A stretch of DNA of 49,559 nt from a virus. Taxonomy: Duplodnaviria > Caudoviricetes. The stretch lies in IMG/VR virus record IMGVR_UViG_3300022719_000309, positions 1 to 49,559 of that record. One strand, written 5' to 3'. Below, one piece after another: positions 8,341 to 18,900 of this stretch. How positions within the stretch are numbered: the first letter of the stretch is position 1; the number at the start of each line of letters is the position of its first letter. The position numbers and the translations under genes were made by a program. The notes beneath the pieces were generated by a model. The model ran no database searches. It saw nothing but the letters and a program-made list of their open reading frames with translations, and was not told the DNA's origin.

Positions 8341-9447
8341 GTGGGTGTTGGCCTGATCGAAGACGTCGACCCGGACGTCCAGTCGTCGCTCGAGGCCCTG
8401 CTCGAGAACGACCCGGAGTTCTCGGACGACGGGACCGAGGAGCGGAAGCCGGCCAAGCCCGCCAAGGCGGTCGGCTCCCGGGGCGGGAACCAGCGCCGCG
8501 ACGACGACTCCGAGCCCGAGGGCTACGACGGCGAGGAGGAGGGCGAGGAGGAGGGCGAGGCCCAGCGCGCCAAGGCCGCCGAGGAAGAGGGCGAGGAGAA
8601 GGCTGAGGACGACGAGGAAGAGGGCGAGGGCGGCATCGAGACCCTCTCGCAGCTCGCCGAGGCGTTCGGCGTCGACGAGAAGGAGCTCCGCGGCGCCCTG
8701 CGCGTCGACCTCGGCGAGGAGCGCGGCGAGGCGACCCTCGGCGAGCTCATCGAGCGCGCCAGCGCCGAGCCCGACACCTCGCGGGTCGACGAGGCCGTCT
8801 CGGCCTACGAACAGCAGGCGTCCCAGCTCCACGAGCAGTGGAGCGAGCAGACGCGGCAGCTCGCGGCGCGCGCCAACGCGCTCATGAACCTCATCGAGGC
8901 CGACGACTCCCGGATCTCGCAGGCGCGCGAGCGCGGCGACTCCGAAGAGGTGCTCCGGCTCCTCGACGACCAGCAGCGCCGCCGCGAGGCGCTCAACGGC
9001 GCCATCGGCCACATGCAGCAGAGCGAGCGCCGGTGGAAGGCGCAGCAGGCCGAGGACGAGAGGAAGTACCGAGAGCGCGAGACGCAACTGCTCCAGCGGA
9101 AGATGCCCGCCCTGCGCGACCCCGCGAAGTCGCAGGCGGCCATGGCGGCCATCGAGAAGAGCCTCACCGGCGTCGGGTTCACGCAGGACGAGGTGGAGTC
9201 CCTCACGGACCACCGCGCCATCCTCGTGGCCCACAAGGCCGCCGAGTACGACCGACTCGCCGCCAAGATCCGTGCCGGCAAGAAGAAGGCCGCACTCAAG
9301 CTCCCCCGCGTGCTCAAGCGCAGCGCGCGCGACGACAAGGCCCCGCAACGCGCCACCGCGAAGCGGTCGAAGGACAAGATGACCCGACTCCGCTCCTCGG
9401 GCTCGGAGGCGGACGCCGCCGCCGTGCTCTTGGATCGGATCGACTGA
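8341..9447 (+). CDS. Capsid scaffolding protein
   Basis: Very acidic N-terminus, coiled coils and a basic C-terminus ending SGSEADAAAVL. Directly upstream of the capsid gene. GAGGAG RBS. Confidence 0.8.
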   Translation: MGVGLIEDVDPDVQSSLEALLENDPEFSDDGTEERKPAKPAKAVGSRGGNQRRDDDSEPEGYDGEEEGEEEGEAQRAKAAEEEGEEKAEDDEEEGEGGIETLSQLAEAFGVDEKELRGALRVDLGEERGEATLGELIERASAEPDTSRVDEAVSAYEQQASQLHEQWSEQTRQLAARANALMNLIEADDSRISQARERGDSEEVLRLLDDQQRRREALNGAIGHMQQSERRWKAQQAEDERKYRERETQLLQRKMPALRDPAKSQAAMAAIEKSLTGVGFTQDEVESLTDHRAILVAHKAAEYDRLAAKIRAGKKKAALKLPRVLKRSARDDKAPQRATAKRSKDKMTRLRSSGSEADAAAVLLDRID

Positions 9448-9459
9448 GGAGGTTCCGAG

Positions 9460-10419
9460 ATGGCGACTCCCGCAGGCGCATTCGACACCGTCGAGTCCGT
9501 AGGAGACCGCGAAGACCTGTCGGACGTGATCTACAACATCGCGCCCACCGAGACGCCGTTCATGATGCTGGCGGGCCGGGGGCGCGCTCGGCAGATCAAG
9601 ACCGAGTGGCAGACCGACGACCTCGCGACCGCGTCGACCACGAACGCGAAGATCGAGGGCGAGGACGCCTCCTTCGCGCGCCCGGACGCCACCGTCCGCG
9701 TCGGCAACTACACCCACATCGCCGACAAGACGGTGCAGGTGACGGGCACCCAGGACGCGATCAACAAGGCCGGCCGGCGCTCGGAGCTGGCCTACCAGAT
9801 CGCCAAGCGCGGCAAGGAGCTCAAGCGCGACCTGGAGGCCCAGATGACGGCCAACCAGGCGTCGGTCGCGGGCAACCGCACCACGGCCCGCGTCTCGGGG
9901 TCGCTCCGGGCGTGGCTCGCCACGAACGACGACCTCGGCGGCGGCGCCGCGGCCTCGGGCGGCTACAACTCGGGGACGGGCGTCGTGGACGCCGCCACCA
10001 ACGGCACCCAGCGCCCCTTCCTCGAGAGCGACCTCAAGAGCGTCATCGCCAACTGCTGGGACTCCGGCGGCGACCCCACCATCATCATGGTCGGGAAGCA
10101 CAACAAGCAGGTGGCGTCGGGCTTCACCGGGCACTCGACCCGCTACGACCGCGGCGAGGACAAGCGGCTGGTGGCGGCCATCGACGTCTACGTGTCGGAC
10201 TTCGGCGAGCACCGGCTGGTGCCCAACCGCTTCCAGCCCGAGCGCAACGCCTACGTGCTGACGCCGCGGCTCTGGCAGGTCGGCTACCTCCGTGGCTTCC
10301 GGCAGCACCCGATCGCGAAGACCGGCGACTCCGAGAAGCGGCAGCTCCTCGTGGAGTACACGCTCAAGAGCCTGAATGAGGCCGGCTCGGGAGTCGTGGC
10401 CGACCTCACCGTCACGTAG
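9460..10419 (+). CDS. Major capsid protein (DUF5309-like)
   Basis: GDREDLSDVIYNIAPTETPF, EWQTDDL, NYTHI..K, KELKRDLE, SDFG and AKTGDSEK motifs. Strong RBS. Confidence 0.93.
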   Translation: MATPAGAFDTVESVGDREDLSDVIYNIAPTETPFMMLAGRGRARQIKTEWQTDDLATASTTNAKIEGEDASFARPDATVRVGNYTHIADKTVQVTGTQDAINKAGRRSELAYQIAKRGKELKRDLEAQMTANQASVAGNRTTARVSGSLRAWLATNDDLGGGAAASGGYNSGTGVVDAATNGTQRPFLESDLKSVIANCWDSGGDPTIIMVGKHNKQVASGFTGHSTRYDRGEDKRLVAAIDVYVSDFGEHRLVPNRFQPERNAYVLTPRLWQVGYLRGFRQHPIAKTGDSEKRQLLVEYTLKSLNEAGSGVVADLTVT

Positions 10420-10428
10420 GGGGCCGAC

Positions 10429-10785
10429 ATGTCCAAGATGGATCGGGCCGACGACGTCGTCGTCGTGCTTCCCGCGATCTCCGTGGCCTCGGCCGCCGTG
10501 GCGGCTCGCTTCGTGATGCCGCGGGCGATGAAGCTCGTGAAGTCGTTTGGCTCCACGAACGCGGCCTACAGCGCGGCGCCAGTGGTGACGTTCGCGAGTT
10601 CCAAGGGCAACCTCGCCGACACACTCGACCTGCCGAACGCGGCCGGCGCGGGCGAGACGGCCGAGGCCGACCACCGCGAGGAGGAGAACAACGCCTTCGC
10701 GGAGGGGACGGAGCTGACCGCCACGGTGGGGACCCCCTCGGCCGGCGACACGGCGAACGTGACGCTCGTCCTGCGCCCGCTCTGA
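10429..10785 (+). CDS. Putative capsid decoration / minor head protein
   Basis: Small beta-rich ORF directly after the capsid gene and in the same frame. Confidence 0.55.
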   Translation: MSKMDRADDVVVVLPAISVASAAVAARFVMPRAMKLVKSFGSTNAAYSAAPVVTFASSKGNLADTLDLPNAAGAGETAEADHREEENNAFAEGTELTATVGTPSAGDTANVTLVLRPL

Positions 10786-10795
10786 GGTCCGCCCC

Positions 10796-11239
10796 ATGGC
10801 GCGCCTGCGCCCGCTCCTCTCTGACGCCATCGACCGCGAGTCCGGCTTCACGACCCGCGTGGGCTACGACCCGGAGACCGGGCGCTACGGCATCGAGCGC
10901 GTGCAGGACGTGGAGCCGCTGATCCTCGCCAACCGGCAGGACTTCCTCTCGGGCCACGACGGCTACTCGCCGAGCCGGGACATCCAGCGCGTCGCCTCGA
11001 TCCCCCTCGGCGTCATCGAGCAGTGGCTCAAGGCCGGCATCAACGTCTTCGACGACAACGACTGGCCGAAGGTCACGCGCCTTCTCGACAGTCCGGAGTA
11101 CGCCTACCTGCGCACGGCCCCAGGGCGCATCTCCCGCCGCCGAGAGCGCCGCGTCTACACCGGGGCTGGCTCCCACCGCTCCCACGCCGAGGAGATCCAC
11201 GCGATCCAGCGGGGCTACCGCGATGGCGTGAGTTGGTAG
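10796..11239 (+). CDS. Conserved phage hypothetical protein
   Basis: QDVEP...N, VASIP..VIEQW and YLRT..GRI pattern, recognisable from post-capsid genes of similar phages. Confidence 0.65.
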   Translation: MARLRPLLSDAIDRESGFTTRVGYDPETGRYGIERVQDVEPLILANRQDFLSGHDGYSPSRDIQRVASIPLGVIEQWLKAGINVFDDNDWPKVTRLLDSPEYAYLRTAPGRISRRRERRVYTGAGSHRSHAEEIHAIQRGYRDGVSW

Positions 11240-11242
11240 CCT

Positions 11243-11866
11243 GTGCGCACCTACAACGAGATCCTCGACTTCATCGTCGGGACCCTGGCGCGCCCGGCGC
11301 TCCGCACCCCGGCCGCGGATTGGGTGTTCATCGCTGAGCTAGAGGCCCAGCGCGAGCTCAACCTCCCGATGCACGAGAAGACGCTGCGCGGGACGCTCGA
11401 CGCGAATCAAGACCACATCGCGCTCCCCTCGGACGTCGCGAACCCGCGCTACGTCACGATCCTTACGGACCCGCCGCAGGGCTTCCGGGTGGGGTCCTTC
11501 GACGACCTGGCCCGCGCGCAGTCGGACCCGACGCCGCGCGACTCGCCGAAGGTGGGCGCCGTCACGGGCAACCGCATCCGCGTCGAGCCGCTCACCACCG
11601 CCCACGACTTCGAGATCGTCTACGACACGGCCGGCGTGAATCACCTCTCCGAGGAGAATCAGGAGAATTACCTCTCGGTCGTCGGCGCGGACTACCTGGC
11701 CTACACCGCCCTGCTCCACAGCGTCCCCTACATGGGGAGCGACGACCGGCTCCAGCGCTGGATGCTCTTCCAGGGCCGTGCCGAGGACTCGATGCGCCGC
11801 AAGGCGTGGAACCTCCGCGCCGGCCACGGACCGCTCGCCATGCGGAGCGACTCGGGGCACCCGTAG
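11243..11866 (+). CDS. Head-tail adaptor protein
   Basis: Position. MRTY.E, FIAELE, LPSD, N.L....D..Y.AL and PY..DD R..W pattern. Confidence 0.72.
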   Translation: MRTYNEILDFIVGTLARPALRTPAADWVFIAELEAQRELNLPMHEKTLRGTLDANQDHIALPSDVANPRYVTILTDPPQGFRVGSFDDLARAQSDPTPRDSPKVGAVTGNRIRVEPLTTAHDFEIVYDTAGVNHLSEENQENYLSVVGADYLAYTALLHSVPYMGSDDRLQRWMLFQGRAEDSMRRKAWNLRAGHGPLAMRSDSGHP

Positions 11867-13426
11867 ATGGGCTCCGGGAGGCTGCGCACGCGCGTGCCGG
11901 CGGGGCCCTGGCGGCCCGACCGCCCCCGCACCACGAACCCGAAGGGGCTCACCCTCGCGAAGAACGCGGTGCCGATCGCTGGGGGCTACGCATCGCAGCC
12001 CTCGCTCGAGGCGGTCTCCGGCTACACCGCCCTGGCCGAGCGCGCGCGCGGTTCGATCGCGGTGCTCGACACGGCCGGGAATCCGATCAACTTCGTCGGC
12101 ACGGAGACCAAGCTCTACCGCCTCGGGAGCAACGGCACCGAGGACGTGACGCGAGCATCGGGCGCCTACAACTGCGCGGACGACGCGCGCTGGGAGTTCC
12201 AGCTCTTCGGGACCACCCTCGTCGCCGCCAACCCGAGCGACCACACGCAGTACATCGACATCTTGACCGGGACGCAATTCGCGGACCTGCGCGGCGACGC
12301 GGCCGGCGCGCCGGATGGGTCGCAGGGAGAGGCCCCGCGCTTCCGCCACCTGGGCATCGTCGGCAACTTCCTCGTGGGCGGGAACGCCTACGACCCGAGC
12401 TTCGAGCTCGTCCCCAACAGCGTGTGGTGGGCTGCCAACCGCAACCCCTTCAACTGGCCTGCCCCGGGGAGCGACGACGCCGTCGCGGCCCAGAGCGACC
12501 GGCAGCCGCTCGAGGGCAACGGCGGCTGGGTGCAGCGCATCATCGGTGGCGCCGAGGTCGGGATGGTGTTTCAGGAGCGCTCGATCTGGCGCATGGACGA
12601 GCGCGGCGGGGACATCGTGTTCGAGTTCACGCGCGTGGAGCCCAACCGCGGGCTCCTCGCTCCGGGCCTCGCCGTCGCCGTCGGCCGGCTCGTCTTCTAC
12701 TGCGCCGAGGACGGCTGGTACGTGACCGACTACACCACGAGCCAGCCGATCGGGAAGGAGCGCTGGGACCGCTTCTTCTTGGCCGACCTGGACGAGGAGT
12801 ACCTCGACCGCTGCTCGATGGCATTCGACCCCGACGCGCAGCGCTGGTACGCGCTCTACCCGGGCGCGGGGAACGTGGGCGGGACCCCCAACCGCTACCT
12901 CTGCTACGACTGGAGCCTCCAGCGCGCCACGCACGGGGAGATCGACGCGGAGCTCCTCACGCAGGTGCTCAATCCCGTCGCGACGCTCGACACGGGGAGC
13001 GACCCGGACGACCTGGATGCGCCGGGCGAGCCGAGCCTCGACTACCGGCTCTCGAAGCCCGGCGCGGCGGTGCTCGGCGCCTGGGGGACCGACGACGCGC
13101 TGGCGGCCTTCACGGGCGCGGCACTCGAGGCGACCTTCCGCACCGACTACCTCGACCTCGACCCGGGCCACTGGACCTACTTCTCGAGCGTGCGCCCCCT
13201 CACCACGGGCTGCATCCCCTACGTGCGGTCCGCCTCGCTCGAGCGGCTCGTGAAGCAGGACGACGTGGAGTTCGGCCTCGAGGAGCGCGTCGATGAGGAG
13301 GGCGGCGACGCGCTCTTGCGCTCGAACGGGCGCTACCACCAGATCGAGGTGCGCATCCCCGCCGGAGGCTTCAACGACTTCGTGGGCCTCGACATCGAGG
13401 ATGCGGTGCGGGCGGGGACGCGCTGA
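11867..13426 (+). CDS. Tail nozzle / tubular (beta-propeller) protein
   Basis: 519 aa after the adaptor. GPWRPD start, repeated beta-blade-like motifs, PIGKERWDRFF and R.NGRYH near the C-terminus. Confidence 0.75.
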   Translation: MGSGRLRTRVPAGPWRPDRPRTTNPKGLTLAKNAVPIAGGYASQPSLEAVSGYTALAERARGSIAVLDTAGNPINFVGTETKLYRLGSNGTEDVTRASGAYNCADDARWEFQLFGTTLVAANPSDHTQYIDILTGTQFADLRGDAAGAPDGSQGEAPRFRHLGIVGNFLVGGNAYDPSFELVPNSVWWAANRNPFNWPAPGSDDAVAAQSDRQPLEGNGGWVQRIIGGAEVGMVFQERSIWRMDERGGDIVFEFTRVEPNRGLLAPGLAVAVGRLVFYCAEDGWYVTDYTTSQPIGKERWDRFFLADLDEEYLDRCSMAFDPDAQRWYALYPGAGNVGGTPNRYLCYDWSLQRATHGEIDAELLTQVLNPVATLDTGSDPDDLDAPGEPSLDYRLSKPGAAVLGAWGTDDALAAFTGAALEATFRTDYLDLDPGHWTYFSSVRPLTTGCIPYVRSASLERLVKQDDVEFGLEERVDEEGGDALLRSNGRYHQIEVRIPAGGFNDFVGLDIEDAVRAGTR

Positions 13427-13767
13427 TGGCCCACGGAGGCGAGCACCGCACCCGCTCGGTCCCCGAGGTCTGGCAACGCCCCGACGAGCACCTGCGCAAG
13501 GTGGCGCAGACGGTGAACAGCCTGCTCCGCGGGGAGTCCAACAACCACTTCACCGTGACGCTCACGCCGAACGCCACCGAGACGGAGGTCCGCTACTCGA
13601 GTGCCCGGACCGGGGTCGTGCCCGTACTCCAGCCCCTCTCGGCCGCGGGCGCCGCGGCGCTCGCCTCCGGGTCGGTCTACGCTACGGCCGAGAACGGGAA
13701 GGTGGTCATCCACCATGATGCAGACCCCTCGGATCAACGGACACTCGGCGTCGTCATCGTCGGTTGA
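13426..13767 (+). CDS. Small tail-associated protein
   Basis: TGATG coupling. N-terminal helix followed by beta-rich sequence. Confidence 0.6.
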   Translation: MAHGGEHRTRSVPEVWQRPDEHLRKVAQTVNSLLRGESNNHFTVTLTPNATETEVRYSSARTGVVPVLQPLSAAGAAALASGSVYATAENGKVVIHHDADPSDQRTLGVVIVG

Positions 13768-14170
13768 GCTCGTCTCGATCCCGCTGGACGGCGTACTGCG
13801 CGCGGCTCCCTTGGTAGAGGAGCTCCTGCGCCCCGCCCTGGATCGCGACACCACGCTCTCCTGGCAGCACGTCCTCGGGACCGCGCTCCGGGGCGACTAC
13901 CAGTGGTGGGTCGTGTGGGAGCAGGACGGCGAGCAGGCCCTCGCAGCCGTCGTCACGGAGATCGTCGAGGAGCCCGCGGCCTGCGTCGCCCGGGTGCTGA
14001 TGGTGGGCGGCCGCGACCTGGAGCGCTGGAAGCAGCTCATCGGTAAGCTGGAGGGGTGGGCTCGCGCAGAGGGTGCGGGTGCCATGGAGATCCACGGGCG
14101 CCGCGGCTGGCGGCGCGTTCTGGACGGCTACGCGGAGCAGCGGGTCGTCTTGAGAAAGGATCTGGCGTGA
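13715..14170 (+). CDS. GNAT-fold acetyltransferase-like virion assembly protein
   Basis: GG..LERW...LEGWARAEGA..MEIHGRRGWRRVL pattern at the usual position before ejection genes. Confidence 0.65.
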   Translation: MMQTPRINGHSASSSSVELVSIPLDGVLRAAPLVEELLRPALDRDTTLSWQHVLGTALRGDYQWWVVWEQDGEQALAAVVTEIVEEPAACVARVLMVGGRDLERWKQLIGKLEGWARAEGAGAMEIHGRRGWRRVLDGYAEQRVVLRKDLA

Positions 14171-14940
14171 AGCGCCGGAAGGTGCCAATCGGCGGCGGAG
14201 GCGGGAGCTCGAAGTCCCGGCAGCAGACCTACGTCGATCCCTACCAGATCGGCCACCTCCGCAACATCTACGACCGCGCGGAGCAACTCTCGAAGCAGCC
14301 GCGCTCGTTCTACCCCGAGAAGAGCTACGTGCCGTACTCCGCCGAGACCGAGAGTGCGCTCTCCGGGATGTACGAGCGCTCGCGGTCGGGGAGCCCCATC
14401 GTGCAGGGCGCCCAGCAGTACACCCAAGACGTGCTGGCCGGTCGCTACTCCGACCCGTCCTCGAACCCCTACCTCCAGGCCACCTACGACGCGGCGGCGC
14501 GCACCATGGGGCGCCACTTCAAGACCAACGTGGTGCCCGGCGCCTACGCGAGCGCCTACGGGCGCGGCGGCTCGGGCGTCGAGGCCAACCGATTCAGCTC
14601 CGCCTACGACAGGCTCGGCCAGAACCTCGGCGAGCTCGCAACCAACATCTACGGGGGCAACTACCAGGCGGAGCGGGGCCGCATGGAGGCCGCGGCCGGG
14701 CGCGCGCCGGGGCTGGCCGACTACGACTACCGCGACCTGGCGCAGATGCGCGCGGTCGGCGGAGAGCGCGAAGACCTCGCGGGGCGCGAGCTCCAAGACC
14801 TCATGGCCCGCTACTACTTCCAGTTCGACGAGCCGCGCCAGCGCCTCGGCGAGTACAGCGAGTTCGTGGGTCAGCCGACGGTGCTCTCGAAGGGCAAGTC
14901 GAGCAGCTTCAACGCCAACGCCAGCGTCCTCTGGGGCTAG
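14167..14940 (+). CDS. Putative DNA ejection (internal virion) protein
   Basis: GGGGGSSKS N-terminus, NPYL motif, G/A/Q-rich composition, position. Confidence 0.65.
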   Translation: MKRRKVPIGGGGGSSKSRQQTYVDPYQIGHLRNIYDRAEQLSKQPRSFYPEKSYVPYSAETESALSGMYERSRSGSPIVQGAQQYTQDVLAGRYSDPSSNPYLQATYDAAARTMGRHFKTNVVPGAYASAYGRGGSGVEANRFSSAYDRLGQNLGELATNIYGGNYQAERGRMEAAAGRAPGLADYDYRDLAQMRAVGGEREDLAGRELQDLMARYYFQFDEPRQRLGEYSEFVGQPTVLSKGKSSSFNANASVLWG

Positions 14941-14943
14941 CCC

Positions 14944-15993
14944 ATGACCGCGCCGCTCTCGTTCGGCTACACGGGCTACAAGCGCAAGGCCAAGAAGGGT
15001 CGCGAGAAGTTCCTGCTCGACCGTGAGGGGCAGGCGAACGTCGATCGCGCCTTCGGGATTATGCGCGGCGGCGGCGGGCGTGGCCCGCAGCGCGCAGGGG
15101 AGATGGAGCCGCTCGAGGCTGAGAGCGCATGGGACCCCGTCGGGATCGCCAAGAACGCCGTCAACTTCGCGGTCAGGGACTACGTGCCTCCGCCTGTCGA
15201 GCCGGATACGACCGAGCCGGAGACGTTCGAGCGAGGCCCCTACCGCGGCCTCACCCCGGAGGAGAAGCGCTCCGCGGTCTACCACGGGTTCTTCAACCCC
15301 GTCGGCCGCGGGATCACCGGGATCACGCGCGGGATCTCCGCGCAGGCGGCGGACATCCGGAGGGGGAAGGCCATCGCGCCGTTCGAGGAGGCGCTCAAGA
15401 AGCGCATCGCCGAGAACACGGACCCGCAGCGCGCCATGGAGCTGCGCTACATGCTGGCGCGCACGCAGGCCGACGAGTCGCCCACCTACCAGCGCCCCGC
15501 CCCCCGCCAGCTCCACCAGTACCAGCGCTACACCGGAGCGGACAGCCTCGAGCAGGGCATGGCCGTCACGCGCGGCGGCCCGCCCCCGCTCGGGAGCCCC
15601 GAGTGGGAGACCACCGAGGCCACGCGCTACAAGCCGGAGGCCGCGGCGGCGACCGCGAAGGAGCGCCAGGACCAGCAGACCGCGTGGGGCTTCCTCCAGT
15701 TCCTCTCGGCCATGCCCGAGGCCAAGATGCAGGCCAACATCGAGCGCTACACCAACTCGCCGGCGTGGCGCGCGCTCGTCACCTACTTCCCGAACGAGGC
15801 GGCCGCCCTCATGCAGGGACAGCGGCCCGGCGGCGGCGGCGCCGGGGTGGGGGGCGCCGACGGCGTGCCGCCCGCGACGCCCGAGTCGTGGAACGCCTGG
15901 GCGGCGGGGAAGCCGGGCGTGCCGCCCTTCGCCGACACCGACGCGGGCGGCCGGGAGTTCTTCTACAACATGTACGGCGGCCAAGGGCGGTAG
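14944..15993 (+). CDS. Putative DNA ejection protein
   Basis: Position between ejection genes. No specific motif. Confidence 0.55.
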   Translation: MTAPLSFGYTGYKRKAKKGREKFLLDREGQANVDRAFGIMRGGGGRGPQRAGEMEPLEAESAWDPVGIAKNAVNFAVRDYVPPPVEPDTTEPETFERGPYRGLTPEEKRSAVYHGFFNPVGRGITGITRGISAQAADIRRGKAIAPFEEALKKRIAENTDPQRAMELRYMLARTQADESPTYQRPAPRQLHQYQRYTGADSLEQGMAVTRGGPPPLGSPEWETTEATRYKPEAAAATAKERQDQQTAWGFLQFLSAMPEAKMQANIERYTNSPAWRALVTYFPNEAAALMQGQRPGGGGAGVGGADGVPPATPESWNAWAAGKPGVPPFADTDAGGREFFYNMYGGQGR

Positions 15994-15996
15994 CCC

Positions 15997-18900
15997 GTGG
16001 CGCGCCCGTCGCTCCTCGAGACGGTCCGGAGCCCGCACTTCAAGAAGCTGGCCCCGGACCAGCAGCGCGAGCTCGTGCTCGGCGCGTACCCCGAGGCCGA
16101 GGCCATCGCCGACGAGGGCTGGGGGGAGTGGGCGGGGCGCAAGATCGAGGGCTCGCGCGGCGTCCCCGACGACACCCTCCAGCGCTGGATCGCCGCGGAG
16201 TCCGGCGTCGAGCCCCGCGAGGGGCCGAGCAACCTGGAGCGCGCGGGGGCGCTCGCCGCGGACGTGGCGAACCTCCCCGGGGCGATCGCCGGCATCCGCC
16301 AGCAGTCGGGGCAGGCGCCTCGCGAACCTGCGCAGATGCGGCAGCCCGCCCCGCCGGCGGAGCCCGCTTTCGAGACGGAGCCCCTGCGCCACGAAGGGGG
16401 CCAGCGCGCCGGGCAGGGCGGGGCATTCCGGGCGGGGGCCGCGCGCGGCTGGGCGACGGGCTTCCCTGGGCGCCACGGGGAGCTCTCGGCGGAGCGCCCC
16501 GCAGGGGTCGTCGACCCGAATCGCCCCATCACGCCCCCGGGGATGCGGGCCCGGGTCCCCACGACGAAGCGCGCCTCGGCAGCGCTCCGGCAGCGGCTCG
16601 TCGAGATGCCCGCTCACCTCGCCTCGGGGCTCCTGCGCAGCTTCGTCGGGCTCTCCGGGATGCGCAGCGGAGGAGAGGCAGGGACGCAGCCAGACCCCGA
16701 GCGAGACCAGGGGCTCCGCGACCTGGCCGACCGGATCGACGAGTGGGCCCATGAGCATGGTCAGATGGCGCGCGGGGCCCAAGGTCCCGTACCCCTGCCC
16801 GAGAACCTCTCTGAGTCGCTCGTGGAGGCCGTGGGGGCCCTCCCTCCGGACCTCCTCGCCGCAGGGCTCTTCGGGACGGGCGGGAAACGGGCGCTCGGCT
16901 CGAAGTGGGGCGCGATCGCCGGCGAGGCGGTGGGGTTCGGCGCCCTCACTGCCTTGGAGGCGTCGAAGCTCGCCGAGGAGGACCCCGAGGCGTACCTCGA
17001 GCAGATCGGCTGGGGGGCCGGGATCGGCGCGCTCTTCCCGCCGGCGCGCCGCATGGGGCGCATCGCCCGGATGCCCATGATCGGCGGCGTGGCGTACAAG
17101 GGCGCGCCCGAGGAGGCTCCGGAGCACGAGCGCATCTCCTCGGGGCTCGTCATGGGCGCGCTCGCTGGCCTGGGCGGCATGGAGGGCGCCGGGAAGCGCA
17201 GGGTGGAGATGCGCCGCGTAGAGCGAGCCCTCCGCGACCTCGAGAAGCGCGCCTCGCAGCCCGACCGGCCGGGGGTGGGGCCCCTCACCCGAGTGGGCGA
17301 CGCCATGCTGCGCCCGAGCTACCGGCGCCCCACGCTCACCGAGGACGTGGCGGTCCGGACCCTCGACCCGCAGCTCCCGCCGGAGCTCTTCGGGGCCCCG
17401 GAGCGCGGCGCGCCGCCGATGGAGCCCGCTCCCTACGGGCCCCGCCGCATGGGCGAGATGCCGGAGGGCGCGCTCGAGGACGCCTTCGTGGGCGGCGTCG
17501 CGCGTCGGGCGGCCGACATGGCGCCGGCGCTGCCGGAGCGGGCTGGGGTGCCGGCGCCGCGACCGCCCGATGCCGGCGCGCGCACCACCACCCCCAGCGG
17601 CCGGGATGCGGGTCGCGCGAGCGCCGAGGCGCTCGTGGACCGAGGCGAGATCCTGGCCCACCCCCGCGCTCTCGGAGGCCCGCAGCAGTGGGCGGCGACG
17701 ATGGGGCACGAGCTCGGGCACTTCCTCCCGTCACGCGCGGTCATGGATCGCCTCGACAAGCTGCCCGAGAACCATCCGCTGCGCGCCGCGTGGGCGGAGA
17801 CGGGGTCCGCGGGCGCGCGCGACACCTACGAGGGCGCCGCAGAGCTCTTCTCCGCATGGCTCACCGACGCCCGCCTGACGCGCTTCGACCCGCGGGAAGG
17901 GCGGGACGTGCCCGTGGAGCTGCCGAAGTGGCTCGAGGGCGAGTTCGAGAAGGCTCGCGCGCGGATGGAGGCCGAGGCCCCCGAGCTCCTGTTCTCCGCC
18001 GAGGCCGCGCGCCAGCGCCCCGCGGTGGAGCACGCCGGCTCCTTGATCGGGCCCGAGCCCCGCGGCGGCGCGCGAGTGCGCTTCCCCGACGGTGGCGAGG
18101 TGCGGGTCGAGAGCGAGCAGATCGGGCGCGAGATGGCCGAGTCGTGGGCGGAGCGCCAGGGCGCGGCGCGCGCCGCCGCGCAGCGCGAGGCCGAGCGCGC
18201 CGTGGACTTGGACGTCGAACCCGAGCCGGCCGGGCGCAACCCGACGCCACACCCCACCGAGCCTGCCCCGCCGCCGCGCCCTGCCGGCCCCGCGCCGGAG
18301 GTTCGCCCCGGCGAGCCCCTCCCGCGCGAGCTCCCGCGCGAGCAGCTCGAGGCGGCTCTCCCCGCCGCGCTCGGCCGCGAGCTCAACACCGCCGAGCGGG
18401 AGATCCTCTCGCTCCACGTGCGGGACCTTCCGGTGCGCAGCGTCGTGGAGGGGCAGTACGGCGTCGACGCCACCACCGTCGGCCGCGACTTCTGGCTCGC
18501 CATCGCCGACGCCCGCGACCACTTCAAGGGCGAGACCCTGCGCATCGCCCAAGAGCGGCTGCGCGAGTCGACGAACGGGACGACCGACCAGGCGCTCCCG
18601 GTTCCCGAAGGGAAGCCCACCCGCCCGCGCAAGGTCGACCCGAAGAAGATCCTCTCGGACGCTACGTCGAAGGAGGAGAGCCGCTACGGGCTCCAGCACA
18701 TCGCGGTGGAGAGCGACGGGACCGCGGTCGCGAGCGACGGCCACCGGCTCTACTGGTGGAGGGGCGACCACGGCCTCGAGCAGGGCTACTACCGGCCGGC
18801 CGAGCGCGGCAAGGGCTTCGTGCGCTCCACCGCCGAGGAGGCCAACCACCCGGAATACTGGCGCAACGTCGCCGACCCCGACGCCCCGCTCCCCAGGAAC

